IMG/VR virus record: IMGVR_UViG_3300005323_000039
Location: 1 to 64,000 of that record
DNA from: a virus
Lineage: Duplodnaviria > Heunggongvirae > Uroviricota > Caudoviricetes
Length of the DNA stretch: 64,000 nt
Reading direction: 5' to 3' (one strand)
How positions within the stretch are numbered: position 1 is the stretch's first letter; each line of letters opens with the position of its first letter. The notes below the pieces were generated by a model, which worked only from the letters and a program-made list of their open reading frames with translations, made no database searches and was not told the DNA's origin. Positions 19,752-29,233 of this stretch are shown in pieces. The translations under genes and the position numbers were made by a program.

Positions 19752-20066
19752 TTGTGTGAAGTTGCTGGATGGATACAAGATCGTTCACACTATAATTTAG
19801 ACAATTGCGCTGATGTTTGCCCGATAGGCACGCTTTTTCCCTCCAATAGGTTTGGTTGCGATGACACTCCATGGAGTGCTACTGACAAAGCAACAGAAGG
19901 CACAGATGAGTTCAAGGCTGCATGCATTCAAGAGGCTAACTTCTTGCGCGCGATTCTCGCAAAGGACAAGAAACATGCGTTGAGTTACTGCACGATCAAA
20001 CGCAGAGAGGACTCCAAGGAGTTAAAGAAAAAGTTTGCATGGTGGGATGCTTCCTCCGAACCATAA
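19752..20066 (+). CDS. hypothetical Cys-rich protein
   Basis: ORF in + array. Confidence 0.4.
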   Translation: MCEVAGWIQDRSHYNLDNCADVCPIGTLFPSNRFGCDDTPWSATDKATEGTDEFKAACIQEANFLRAILAKDKKHALSYCTIKRREDSKELKKKFAWWDASSEP

Positions 20067-20083
20067 ACTATTTATACTTAAAG
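20065..20083 (+). promoter_or_regulatory. promoter-like motif AAACTATTTATACTTAAAG
   Basis: Recurring intergenic motif. Confidence 0.35.
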
Positions 20084-20208
20084 CAACAATTCGATTTAAT
20101 CTATTTTTGTAATGAGTTTTTGACTAATCGAACGGAGGCTATTTTATAGTATCAAATGAGGAAATTTTACGTGCTTTTTCTGAATGTGGCACTTTAACAG
20201 GCGCAGCT

Positions 20209-21006
20209 TTGCGCTTCAACATCAACAAGAAGACTTATGCAAAGTGGTTACAGCATGCTATACAGCACGAAAAGCCCAAACCTCTGATAAACAACAACCA
20301 GACTTATTCTGTTGGAATTATTAGCGACCTTCACATAGGCAGTATATGGGATCAGCCAGCTAAAGTTAAGGAATTTTCAGACTATTGCTTGCAACAAGGT
20401 ATAGAAACGCTCGTTTGTTGTGGAGATATCGCAGAGGGTAAGTATTATCATCGGAGTGGACATGAGCACGAAGTTTATATCGATTCAGCGGACGGAATAA
20501 TTGAGAGAGTTATTGAAGTATATCCGGCAGGCTTCGAACGAAGTCTTTTAATTGGAGGCAACCACGACACGACGTTGTGGCAACGCGCCGGTATAAACAT
20601 TGTAAAGGCTGTAACAAAAGAACGTACAGATTTAACATACGTTGGAGATTCGGCAGGCGGGTTTGTAACATTGCCAGGCGGAATTGACGCGTATCTTTAC
20701 CATGGGTCGGGAGGGTGTAGCGAAACTCGAACTACACGGACTCAACGATTGGCTAGGTTCGTACAAAGCCTTGGCTCCAAATGCTCCAAACGACCTCAAG
20801 CGTTGTTTGTAGGGCACTGTCACTCTGTAAGTATATTGCCAAAATTTTTGGATATGCTAGTCGTAGGGTGTGGTTCATTCCAAATGATGACGTCCTATGA
20901 AGGCGAGCACATTGCCAAAGTTCCAGACATCTGTGGCATGATTGTAAGGTACAATGTAGTGAAGGGAAGAATGTTGGATATTAGTACGGAGTTAAAGTTT
21001 TACTAG
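20209..21006 (+). CDS. calcineurin-like metallophosphoesterase, paralogue 2
   Basis: DLHIG, CCGDIAEG, IGGNHD, YHGSGG, VGHCHS motifs; collinear with 16192..17049. Confidence 0.7.
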   Translation: MRFNINKKTYAKWLQHAIQHEKPKPLINNNQTYSVGIISDLHIGSIWDQPAKVKEFSDYCLQQGIETLVCCGDIAEGKYYHRSGHEHEVYIDSADGIIERVIEVYPAGFERSLLIGGNHDTTLWQRAGINIVKAVTKERTDLTYVGDSAGGFVTLPGGIDAYLYHGSGGCSETRTTRTQRLARFVQSLGSKCSKRPQALFVGHCHSVSILPKFLDMLVVGCGSFQMMTSYEGEHIAKVPDICGMIVRYNVVKGRMLDISTELKFY

Positions 21007-21014
21007 GTGGTAAA

Positions 21015-21269
21015 ATGTTAAATGAATTTGAAGTTAGCCACGAAACTTTGTGCGTGGGATTTGGAACGTATAATCAAACAATAGCGCAAGAAATGTTGAA
21101 CAAAATTCAGGAAGATTGCCCAGGAGACTGGAAGCTAACAGAATGCCCAAGTAAATACGACACTACTGTATGGTACGATATAAGTGCGTGGTTCCCAAAG
21201 GAGCAAGCAAACGACGCTTTGCTGAAAGCCAACCTTGTGATGAGTGAATACAATTTAAAGGACGAATAA
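21015..21269 (+). CDS. hypothetical protein
   Basis: ORF in + array. Confidence 0.4.
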   Translation: MLNEFEVSHETLCVGFGTYNQTIAQEMLNKIQEDCPGDWKLTECPSKYDTTVWYDISAWFPKEQANDALLKANLVMSEYNLKDE

Positions 21270-21274
21270 TTGAC

Positions 21275-21571
21275 ATGATATTTAAATCGATTAAATCTAA
21301 ATCAGATGAGGAATTGTTAGCGTTTAATACGAAGCCGACTCCTTGCAAAGTACCGTCATCTGAGGTAACATACGCGTATGGTACGCCCTTTATTGCAACA
21401 AGCAGTACATTTACGACTGTAAGCAACGTCACGTGGTATCCAACCGACCCTCACACGCATTCTTTCGTGTGTTATGTTCCAGCTACATCCAATGCCACAA
21501 CTACAACTCTGATTGATGTTCCTGAAGGGAGTGTTCCATATCGAACAGTCCTTATATGCAAGCTCGAGTAA
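21275..21571 (+). CDS. hypothetical Thr/Ser-rich protein
   Basis: ORF in + array. Confidence 0.35.
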   Translation: MIFKSIKSKSDEELLAFNTKPTPCKVPSSEVTYAYGTPFIATSSTFTTVSNVTWYPTDPHTHSFVCYVPATSNATTTTLIDVPEGSVPYRTVLICKLE

Positions 21572-21813
21572 ACAACGGAGTGATTAACACGAATCGTTAC
21601 ATTTTCACAGGAATGTCCATGCTTGGATCTGTTTTGGTTGCAATGCCATCAAGCCTCATAAGAAGTTGTGCATTTGCTTTATGGATTGTAGCAAATATCC
21701 TATGGCTAAACGACGCGTATAAACGACATGACAAAGAACAAATGCTGTTGTATGCATTCTTTACATTGACAGCGGCAATCGGATTTTGTACAAATATTGC
21801 GGAGGTATTATAA
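21556..21813 (+). CDS. small membrane protein
   Basis: Hydrophobic ORF. Confidence 0.35.
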   Translation: MQARVNNGVINTNRYIFTGMSMLGSVLVAMPSSLIRSCAFALWIVANILWLNDAYKRHDKEQMLLYAFFTLTAAIGFCTNIAEVL

Positions 21814-21888
21814 ATTATTCTTTCAGATGGCGAATATGATGTAATTGAAAATTCCTCAGGCCGATACTATATAGTACAAGGTAGAGCA

Positions 21889-22452
21889 TTGCCGTCCGTC
21901 AGTACGATTACATCTGGCGGAGGTAAACGCAGAAGCAGTCCCTCTCCTTCGATGCAACTAGGGACGTACTGTCACGCAGATTTACTCCAACGGTATACAA
22001 CGAGAAATCTGAGGGCAAAGTGCGCACCAGTTTGGGGCATCGAACATGAAGAATCGCATGCTCGATTGTCAAGAGCCCGTTCGATGTGGAACGCCTTCGT
22101 TAAAGACTATGGCTCGATCACTCCAATTCACGTGGAAGAAGCTGTATGCGATGACGATTTAAAGTACGCTGGCAGAGTGGACATGGTATGCACAATTGAG
22201 TCAATTGGACAAGACCCTGTACTGTTGGATATCAAGACCGGGTGTTGTTATCCTCATCATGACTTGCAGGTGGCAGCATACGCGCGTACTTTGAACCTCT
22301 CCACAGCAATTTTAGTTTATCTCGATAGCATTATCGAAAGGAACCCTTCACAACAATACAATGTGCGTTTGCTCAAAGAAAACCAACTAGCGGCAAGCTA
22401 TTTAAAGTTTGACCAAATATTAAACGAACAAACGTTATCTTTATCTCCTTAA
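21889..22452 (+). CDS. PD-(D/E)XK-type nuclease (Cas4/RecB-like fold candidate)
   Basis: GRVDMVC ... LLDIKTG arrangement fits D...(D/E)xK; true start may be the internal Met (MQLGTY). Confidence 0.4.
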   Translation: MPSVSTITSGGGKRRSSPSPSMQLGTYCHADLLQRYTTRNLRAKCAPVWGIEHEESHARLSRARSMWNAFVKDYGSITPIHVEEAVCDDDLKYAGRVDMVCTIESIGQDPVLLDIKTGCCYPHHDLQVAAYARTLNLSTAILVYLDSIIERNPSQQYNVRLLKENQLAASYLKFDQILNEQTLSLSP

Positions 22453-22539
22453 ATTTGTTTAGTATGCATGTTAGGTACGATTTATACGCCAAGTTATTTA
22501 TACAATACATGCGTATATTGGGGTTGAGGTAATAAAATT

Positions 22540-23304
22540 ATGCCTACGAACAAAAACAAGCCCAATATGAAGCCCAATATGAAGGACAATTCGCCTGTAG
22601 AGATCGAGTACATGACAATTGGACAGCTGTATGAAAAAATTGGGAAAATCCACGAGCACGACCCACCATTTTGGGCAATTCTGCGCGCGTTGAATTGGAG
22701 CAACGATCGTAACGTATATGCGGGAGTCGGGTACGACTACAAGACCACATACTTGTATATATTTGACGAAGCTCGGTTGCAGCCGTTGCCTTCGCTCGAT
22801 CTGTACATGGGGTTGTTTGCTCGCTACGACGCTGTGACGAAAAAAACAATAGTTGAGGCTGCAGGCTATAATCCTGACCAAAAAATCCACATGATATTCG
22901 GAAGATTATTAGGTCGTGTGACTGTGCGAACTCCAAAGGACGCTCCCAAGGTTAAACTCTTCCTGCACGACATGTGTAAGAGGGTTGGCGTTTTAGCAGA
23001 AAGAATGCAGGAAGCTGCAGTAACTCCAATTGATTCAACTGACGCGTATACTTGGTGCTCCAAGTGGTTTCACAACTCACAACGCTCTGATGTAATCGCT
23101 TTAATGTTTAGCGTTGCCAGACCAACAGTATGGCAGCTCTACTGCACAATAGCTCGATACTATTCGCGCAGGAGCTCCACTCCACACATGCAGTGGTGGA
23201 ATGTATCGATGTCAGAACGATTATTAGTTAAACCCCGTAAGGAAGCAAGCTGCGCGAAGGCTTGGACCCATTCTTCACAAGGAGCAAGTTCAAGCCTCGC
23301 TTAA
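22540..23304 (+). CDS. hypothetical protein
   Basis: ORF downstream of nuclease. Confidence 0.45.
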   Translation: MPTNKNKPNMKPNMKDNSPVEIEYMTIGQLYEKIGKIHEHDPPFWAILRALNWSNDRNVYAGVGYDYKTTYLYIFDEARLQPLPSLDLYMGLFARYDAVTKKTIVEAAGYNPDQKIHMIFGRLLGRVTVRTPKDAPKVKLFLHDMCKRVGVLAERMQEAAVTPIDSTDAYTWCSKWFHNSQRSDVIALMFSVARPTVWQLYCTIARYYSRRSSTPHMQWWNVSMSERLLVKPRKEASCAKAWTHSSQGASSSLA

Positions 23305-23425
23305 TTTTTTTCAAATTTTTAACTCTTTTTAATTTTTATCGCCTGCTCCAAGCGAAATTTCCTAAATCGAATGAAACATACGGTACAATAACCCTTAAAT
23401 ATTCGTACATGTAATACTCCTTGCG

Positions 23426-23743
23426 GTGATGTCTTTGACTGAAGGAGTGGATAAATTACTAGAGGGGCTGGTTCCGAATGACGAATTGCGCGCGGCTTTT
23501 CTCCGTTATGCAGAATTAAAATATAGTCGTACGGAAGAAGAGTTAGCGCAGAGTGGAAAGGAGTTGCGCGCGGAGTTGGAAAAAGCATTAACTCTATATC
23601 TACGGTTTATTGGGGTGGAAGTGGAGTCAGTTTATGTTGAATCAGATGTAGCAGATGATTATTCTCTTCACGCAGAGGAATACTCTTTGTACGATCATCT
23701 GGGAGAGAAGGGCGGAGTTGCTTGTGCCAGAAGCAATCCTTAA
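23426..23743 (+). CDS. hypothetical acidic protein
   Basis: ORF in + array. Confidence 0.4.
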   Translation: MMSLTEGVDKLLEGLVPNDELRAAFLRYAELKYSRTEEELAQSGKELRAELEKALTLYLRFIGVEVESVYVESDVADDYSLHAEEYSLYDHLGEKGGVACARSNP

Positions 23744-23800
23744 ATATTACTCCATCCTATGGAGTATTGTTGAAATAAACTCTAAAGGATGTGGTAAATA

Positions 23801-24502
23801 ATGGCAGCAACTAAGAAATTCTTGAGCGAATTGCTCGCTCTGATGAACGCACAGGAATACGATGCAGTAGTCGAGTGTCTAACGGAGGCTACTGTCTCAA
23901 AGAGGACGGTTGGAGGCGCGCTGAAGTGCCGCAACTGTGGACGCGATGTAATAATTGTAAAGCATGTCTCCAAGGATCCTGTGTTCGAGGGCAAGACCAC
24001 TCATATGGCTGTACACAAGGGCGAAGAACCTGCAGATGACGTAGTCGAGACAGGTCTGTGTAGTTCCTACAGAGGCTGGATGCGCAGGGAGCTGGAAAAC
24101 AAGTGCAGGGGAGAGGCTTCCTCTGCCCCTCGTGCTAAGAAGGAGAAAATTCCAAAAGAGAAAAAGTCTGGTGTGAAGGCTCCATCTGAGCCAGTTGCTC
24201 CAAATGAAGTCATCGCAGCGGAAGAACCTCCAGAGCCTGTGGAGCTAGGCGAAGAGGACGAGCCCATAGTATTTGATAACGGAGATGGCGAGCGCCCCTC
24301 TGTAGATATCAGTGGGCTCGGTCACGATAGGTATGTTGTGGCTGGAGAAATACTCAGAGCTCTAAGTGAGCTCAACTACACCAAAGATCAAATCGCTGTA
24401 GTCAAAGCGGAAATTACTACAGGGGTTAATTCATTTGAGGATCTGTTGGAGGCCTCTGCACCTCACGTAGAACTCACAGAGGATGGAGTAATCCTTAATT
24501 GA
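23801..24502 (+). CDS. hypothetical protein with N-terminal zinc-ribbon (CRNCGRD) and acidic/Pro-rich linker
   Basis: ORF in + array. Confidence 0.45.
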   Translation: MAATKKFLSELLALMNAQEYDAVVECLTEATVSKRTVGGALKCRNCGRDVIIVKHVSKDPVFEGKTTHMAVHKGEEPADDVVETGLCSSYRGWMRRELENKCRGEASSAPRAKKEKIPKEKKSGVKAPSEPVAPNEVIAAEEPPEPVELGEEDEPIVFDNGDGERPSVDISGLGHDRYVVAGEILRALSELNYTKDQIAVVKAEITTGVNSFEDLLEASAPHVELTEDGVILN

Positions 24503-24581
24503 GGTTACTCCCAATATATTTTATAAATTTTAATAATAATTTCAAATTTTGATTCAATTTTTGATTGGAGTATAATTTTAA

Positions 24582-26006
24582 TTGGAGTATAATATGTGCG
24601 GAATAATTGGAGGCTTTACATCAATAGCAGGTGGAGTGGAGCGATTAAAGCACAGAGGGCCTGACGCTCAAAACCAAATAACTGTAGGCAAGGTTAGTCT
24701 TGGGCATACTCGACTTGCTATAAAGGATTTGGATAGGCGGAGTGACCAACCTTTCCACTATGGTAATGTTTGTTTGGTTTTTAACGGCGAAATATGGAAC
24801 TACATGGAGCTAAGGGAGGAGCTTACAAGGGTTGGATATGAGTTTAGAACAACTGGAGATACGGAAGTTTTGGCCGCTTGCTTAAACGCATACGGTATTG
24901 ACGAAACTTTGCGCAAAGTTAACGGTATGTTTGCCTTCGCATATACAACGAATGGAGAGAACGTGTATGTGGCACGCGATAAATTTGGCGAAATTCCCGT
25001 ACATATTGGCATTCAGCCGTCGGAGGAGTTTGGAGCACATGGACGCTTTATATTTGCGTCAGAAGTTAAAGCACTTAAAGCAATTAAAGTCGCTCCTCCA
25101 ACTATTGATTACGTTTTGCCTGGAGAATACGTTGAAGCTCGTTCTAATGGAACTATACACAAGACTAGATGGTATGTGCCGCCAATTGAGCCTGCTGAAA
25201 AAATTACTCGTGGAGTTGCCGCAGAGTTATTGTACGAAAAGTTGAGAGCAGCTGTACGAGAACGCGAGATGTCCGACGTTCCTTTGTGTACGATGCTGTC
25301 GGGTGGGCTAGACTCTTCGCTCATCACATACCTTTTGGCGCAAGACATTCCCAATATTGTTGCATATACAGCCGTACATGACAAGAGTAGTAAAGATTTA
25401 AAGATGGCGCGCATGTTAGCCAAACAATTGAATATTGAGTTGCGCGAAGTGTACGTTCCAACTCCGACGCGTGACGAATTAGCTGAGGTCGTTCGAATCG
25501 CGGAGACTCCATACAAAGTCCAAGTGGAGATCGGGTGGGCCTGTCTTAAACTTGCAGAGGCTATGAAACGTGATGGATTTAAGGTAACATTTAGCGGAGA
25601 TGGTTCGGATGAATTGTTCGCGTCATACGGCTTTTCATATTATGGCTTGAAAAAGGCTGGATGGTACGATTATCGCAGGGACTTGTTTTTAGATCAGCAC
25701 AGAAAGAATTTCTCAAGAGCAAACAAGGTCTTCATGTCACAAGGAATAGAATGTAGGTTGCCGTTTCTCAATCCAAACGTTGTGGAATTTATACTGTCGT
25801 TGCCGCAAGAGGTAGCGCAAGAAGGTAGGAAACGCCCAAAGGCTGTTCTCGAAGATGCTTTCCGTCACAAATTGCCAGATGGTATTGTTAATAGAACGAA
25901 AGTCGCTTTTCAAGATGGAATGAAGATCAAAGGAGATATTGAATCGGTTGTTGCAGACCCGATGAAGTTTTATCGTACAGAATATAAACAATTCCTTACT
26001 GAGTAA
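24582..26006 (+). CDS. asnB: asparagine synthetase (glutamine-hydrolysing)-like amidotransferase
   Basis: N-terminal MCGI (class II Ntn glutamine amidotransferase Cys2), PP-loop SGGLDSS, and SGDGSDELFASYGF (AsnB E-G-ADELFGGY-like) motif. Confidence 0.7.
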   Translation: MEYNMCGIIGGFTSIAGGVERLKHRGPDAQNQITVGKVSLGHTRLAIKDLDRRSDQPFHYGNVCLVFNGEIWNYMELREELTRVGYEFRTTGDTEVLAACLNAYGIDETLRKVNGMFAFAYTTNGENVYVARDKFGEIPVHIGIQPSEEFGAHGRFIFASEVKALKAIKVAPPTIDYVLPGEYVEARSNGTIHKTRWYVPPIEPAEKITRGVAAELLYEKLRAAVREREMSDVPLCTMLSGGLDSSLITYLLAQDIPNIVAYTAVHDKSSKDLKMARMLAKQLNIELREVYVPTPTRDELAEVVRIAETPYKVQVEIGWACLKLAEAMKRDGFKVTFSGDGSDELFASYGFSYYGLKKAGWYDYRRDLFLDQHRKNFSRANKVFMSQGIECRLPFLNPNVVEFILSLPQEVAQEGRKRPKAVLEDAFRHKLPDGIVNRTKVAFQDGMKIKGDIESVVADPMKFYRTEYKQFLTE

Positions 26007-26025
26007 GGCTTACTCCGTTCCATCA

Positions 26026-26043
26026 CAAACTATTTATACTAAG
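26026..26043 (+). promoter_or_regulatory. promoter-like motif CAAACTATTTATACTAAG
   Basis: Same AACTATTTATAC core as 20065-20083 and 38266-38280. Confidence 0.35.
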
Positions 26044-26106
26044 AAAACGTTCTTTCAGAAAGTACGTTGTGAATATTTTTTTGAGTAAATTTTTGGAGTA
26101 TATTTT

Positions 26107-26436
26107 ATGTCAGGTAAAGCGACTGTTCAATTGGACTTATTCGGAGCAAAGGATCCGTTGGCTGGATTCGAACGCCCTGAATACCATGAAAAAGATTATC
26201 CTCAGTGCAAGGGTTCGGAAAAGAAGCCAATGAAGGACTTGAATTACTTTTACGTGGATTTTTATGGCCGCGATGACCTATTCCAACGTTTGACTCTAAT
26301 AATGAAAAAACGAAGTGGAATACGCGGACTCCACAGAGTAAATCCAGAACTCTTTGAACAAATGGTGTTGTCATTAGAAGGAGATCGTGTTGTGATGGAG
26401 GACACAAATGATGACGGAAGTACAACCCAAGTTTAG
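26107..26436 (+). CDS. hypothetical protein
   Basis: ORF overlapping start of radical SAM gene. Confidence 0.35.
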   Translation: MSGKATVQLDLFGAKDPLAGFERPEYHEKDYPQCKGSEKKPMKDLNYFYVDFYGRDDLFQRLTLIMKKRSGIRGLHRVNPELFEQMVLSLEGDRVVMEDTNDDGSTTQV

Positions 26437-27838
26437 GTTCGAGCGCAAGAATGTATGTAAAGAATGTTTTTCTCACAGCGCTCATTGCCCTGACGCTCAC
26501 ACATGTGATCCCATTCGACAAAAGTTGCGAAGCTATGGCGGTATTAGATTCACAGCGGACGGATTCGATTGTGCTTTGCCTGTAACGATAGATTCACATA
26601 GCGCCTGCTCATTTTCGTGTTCTTATTGTTTTTCAAAGTCATTGATGGGACACAGAGAATCCGTTAAGGAAAATGCTGTTGGGCAAACTTCCTTAAATAT
26701 GCTCGAAGGAATATTCAGCGGGAGGACCAAAGGTAGGTCTGAGCAGTTCCGAACGGCTCTTAAATACGACAACAGAAACGCCAAAGGGTATCCTTGTGCG
26801 GTGCAGCTAGGTGGAGTATGCGATCCTGGAGATAACATCGAGCGAAACCAAGGATGGTTGTTAAAATTTATGGACCTCGCTATAAAGTATGAGCAACCTG
26901 TGCGTATGTCTTCCAAAGGCAACATATTTCTCGAACGTGAATATCTGGACAAGTTCGCTGAGAGACCCGACCTTTTCTGGGTCGCATTCAGCATAATAAC
27001 TCCAGATGACAAATTATTGCCTTTAATCGATCGTGGATGTCCTATACCATCTGAAAGGATTGAAGCAATGAACGCTCTTGCAGGGGTTGGAGTTACAACA
27101 AGTTTACGATTCCGACCGATGCTTCCCGGATTGAGCGATCGGACTCCATCTTACGATCAAGCGTACGCTGTGCTTATTGAGAGAGCGGCTGAAGCTGGAG
27201 CCAAAGCCATTAGTTATGAGGCAGGATTTGTCCCTGGTATGATGACAAAGGACATGAAGTCTGAATGGGATGGTATAGAAAAAATAACTGGAATACCCAT
27301 ACGCAGCATTTATAAACGTTTCGGGAAGATGCAGGCATGTACTAGACCATCTTATAAATGGACTGAAGGCATAATGCATGCTGTACGAGACGAAGCTCGC
27401 AAACATCATATGTGGATTGGTGTAAGCGATCCGGTATGGAAACAATTAGGCGAACATGGCTGTTGCTGTGGCATCCCCAAAGATCACCCGGTGTTTGGGA
27501 ATTGGCAACGTGAGAGCGCCACAAATCAATTGTTGGAAGCTCGCGATACTGGCAAAGAAATTCATTGTAGAGATATTGTGCCAAAATGGGCAGAGCAGGT
27601 TGGCGAAGAAGGTATGATTTGTTACCCGGCAGGACCACACGTTCGTCACGACGGCAATCACAAAATGTGGTCGCACACTCTAAGAGAAGTATGGAACACT
27701 ATCGATAAGGAGAGGTCCCCAATGAATTATTTCCAAGGGTGCTTGGAACCAATTGGACTTGACGAAGACAAGGATATAGTTTATAGGTATGTGGGCTTGA
27801 AGAGGCACTACAAGAAGGCCCCATATTGGAGTGTCTAA
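26408..27838 (+). CDS. radical SAM enzyme (CxxxCxxC), possibly SplB/COG1533-like
   Basis: CSFSCSYC cluster motif about 70 aa from N-terminus; additional N-terminal Cys/His cluster CKECFSHSAHCPDAHTC. Confidence 0.6.
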   Translation: MMTEVQPKFRFERKNVCKECFSHSAHCPDAHTCDPIRQKLRSYGGIRFTADGFDCALPVTIDSHSACSFSCSYCFSKSLMGHRESVKENAVGQTSLNMLEGIFSGRTKGRSEQFRTALKYDNRNAKGYPCAVQLGGVCDPGDNIERNQGWLLKFMDLAIKYEQPVRMSSKGNIFLEREYLDKFAERPDLFWVAFSIITPDDKLLPLIDRGCPIPSERIEAMNALAGVGVTTSLRFRPMLPGLSDRTPSYDQAYAVLIERAAEAGAKAISYEAGFVPGMMTKDMKSEWDGIEKITGIPIRSIYKRFGKMQACTRPSYKWTEGIMHAVRDEARKHHMWIGVSDPVWKQLGEHGCCCGIPKDHPVFGNWQRESATNQLLEARDTGKEIHCRDIVPKWAEQVGEEGMICYPAGPHVRHDGNHKMWSHTLREVWNTIDKERSPMNYFQGCLEPIGLDEDKDIVYRYVGLKRHYKKAPYWSV

Positions 27839-27910
27839 AGGAGAAATCTTTATATACGAGCGTAACGTACACTCGTATACGTTAATATTTTGTATATTTT
27901 ATGAGAATTT

Positions 27911-28642
27911 ATGGAGTTGACTAAATTGAAGGTTGTATTACCAACAAAAACATTGCTTGAACTGACTGAAGCAATTCTACCCATCCGAACGGAAGCCAAA
28001 TTAACGTTTGGACCGGACGGTCTCACCACAACAATTGTTGATCCAGCGCGTGTTGCATTCGCATCAATCGTTGTCAGTAAGGATGCTTTCAAAACATATG
28101 ATGTTGGTGCTGGAGGCGACATCTGCTTAGATCTGGCTAAAGTAGCCGATTTGCTTTCATCATTCAGTAAAGAGGACGTGGAAATCACAATCGAAAATAG
28201 CAAAATTGTATTCAAGGTTGGGACTCATCGTTTGGTTAGCAAATTAATTGATCCAACTGCTCTAGAAGCTCCCCCGAATATGCCACCATTCGATTTTACA
28301 ACCGAGATGAACATTCTAAGCGCGGATTTGCTCCAAGTGCTAAAGACAGCGCGTAAGGTATCGGAAGAATTTTCAATTGATTGTAAGGACGGAGTAGTTA
28401 CCATCAGAGCGGATGGCAGCATTGAATCATATGTTGCAAATCCAGCAGTTGACTTGACTAAAGTGAGTGATTGTCACTCCAAATTCCAACTATCATATCT
28501 GTTGGATGTTGGGAAGGTTTTGGCTCGGTCGGACACAATAAACGCTTGTATAGGTTCAGACTACCCTATGAAGTTGATTGTACAAGTGCCTAACGCTTGC
28601 GTGGAGTATGTGTTTGCTCCGCGTGTTGAGTATGACGAATAA
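27911..28642 (+). CDS. pcn: PCNA-like DNA sliding clamp (archaeal/eukaryal type)
   Basis: 243 aa; N-terminal pattern LKVVLPTKTLLELTEAI..LTFGPDGLTTTIVDPARVAFASIVVSKDAFKTYDV matches PCNA N-domain; adjacent to replication genes. Confidence 0.7.
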   Translation: MELTKLKVVLPTKTLLELTEAILPIRTEAKLTFGPDGLTTTIVDPARVAFASIVVSKDAFKTYDVGAGGDICLDLAKVADLLSSFSKEDVEITIENSKIVFKVGTHRLVSKLIDPTALEAPPNMPPFDFTTEMNILSADLLQVLKTARKVSEEFSIDCKDGVVTIRADGSIESYVANPAVDLTKVSDCHSKFQLSYLLDVGKVLARSDTINACIGSDYPMKLIVQVPNACVEYVFAPRVEYDE

Positions 28643-28654
28643 TTCTAATGCAAA

Positions 28655-28682
28655 CAAACTATAAATATAGGTTTAACGTATG
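28655..28682 (+). promoter_or_regulatory. promoter-like motif CAAACTATAAATATAGGTTTAACGTATG
   Basis: TATA-like box + TTTAACGTA element. Confidence 0.35.
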
Positions 28683-28703
28683 CTCAAATTAACGGAGGTA
28701 TGA

Positions 28704-28931
28704 ATGTCCTTAATGCAAACTACACTCCTTAACTTTTTTCCACAGCATGGACGCTACTATCTTCAATTGATGCTAACAACAATACACGATTCTGTGGATG
28801 AAGCGATGGAGAAAGCCTTTGAACTGTACCCAACGAGTTATTTTTCATCATGGCATGAAACATCAAGTGAATGCTGGATGGATGTTGTGAATAGCGGTCG
28901 AATTGTAGGCAAAATTGTAGAAATAGAATAA
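28704..28931 (+). CDS. hypothetical protein
   Basis: ORF in + array. Confidence 0.35.
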   Translation: MSLMQTTLLNFFPQHGRYYLQLMLTTIHDSVDEAMEKAFELYPTSYFSSWHETSSECWMDVVNSGRIVGKIVEIE

Positions 28932-28962
28932 ATTTTGGTATAAATTTTATGGAGTTGACTGT

Positions 28963-29232
28963 ATGGTAACTAAATGGGCACAACAAATATGGATAACATC
29001 CGCGAAAGTGTTAGCAAATCGCAACGAATTAGTGACTTCAGGATTTCCTGTAGGAAAGCCAGAAAGATTGACGATGTCCACAACGTGGGACACTTGGAGG
29101 CTTGCAGGTAAATTGGACCTACCTTATCAAGTAGTCAGTAGTGTATTCAGCAAGCTGGAAGATTTGCACATAGTTGGGAGTATGTCGTTCGGATACAAGA
29201 ATCGTCGTAAGTCGTATTATTTTATGAAGTAG
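28963..29232 (+). CDS. hypothetical protein
   Basis: ORF in + array. Confidence 0.35.
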   Translation: MVTKWAQQIWITSAKVLANRNELVTSGFPVGKPERLTMSTTWDTWRLAGKLDLPYQVVSSVFSKLEDLHIVGSMSFGYKNRRKSYYFMK

Positions 29233-29233
29233 A

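Noticed and set aside
24582-26006. AsnB-like protein as a Gat-QueC (7-deazaguanine pathway) fusion
   Set aside because: Considered because a radical SAM enzyme with a GGEP motif (QueE-like) is also present. The PP-loop region is followed by the AsnB-specific SGDGSDELFASYGF block and lacks the C-terminal QueC zinc-binding Cys cluster. Kept as AsnB-like, though a DNA-modification role is still raised as a hypothesis.
27911-28642. Bacterial beta-clamp (DnaN) identity for the 243-aa clamp-like protein
   Set aside because: Length (243 aa, two-domain monomer) and sequence pattern fit PCNA, not the 370-aa three-domain DnaN.
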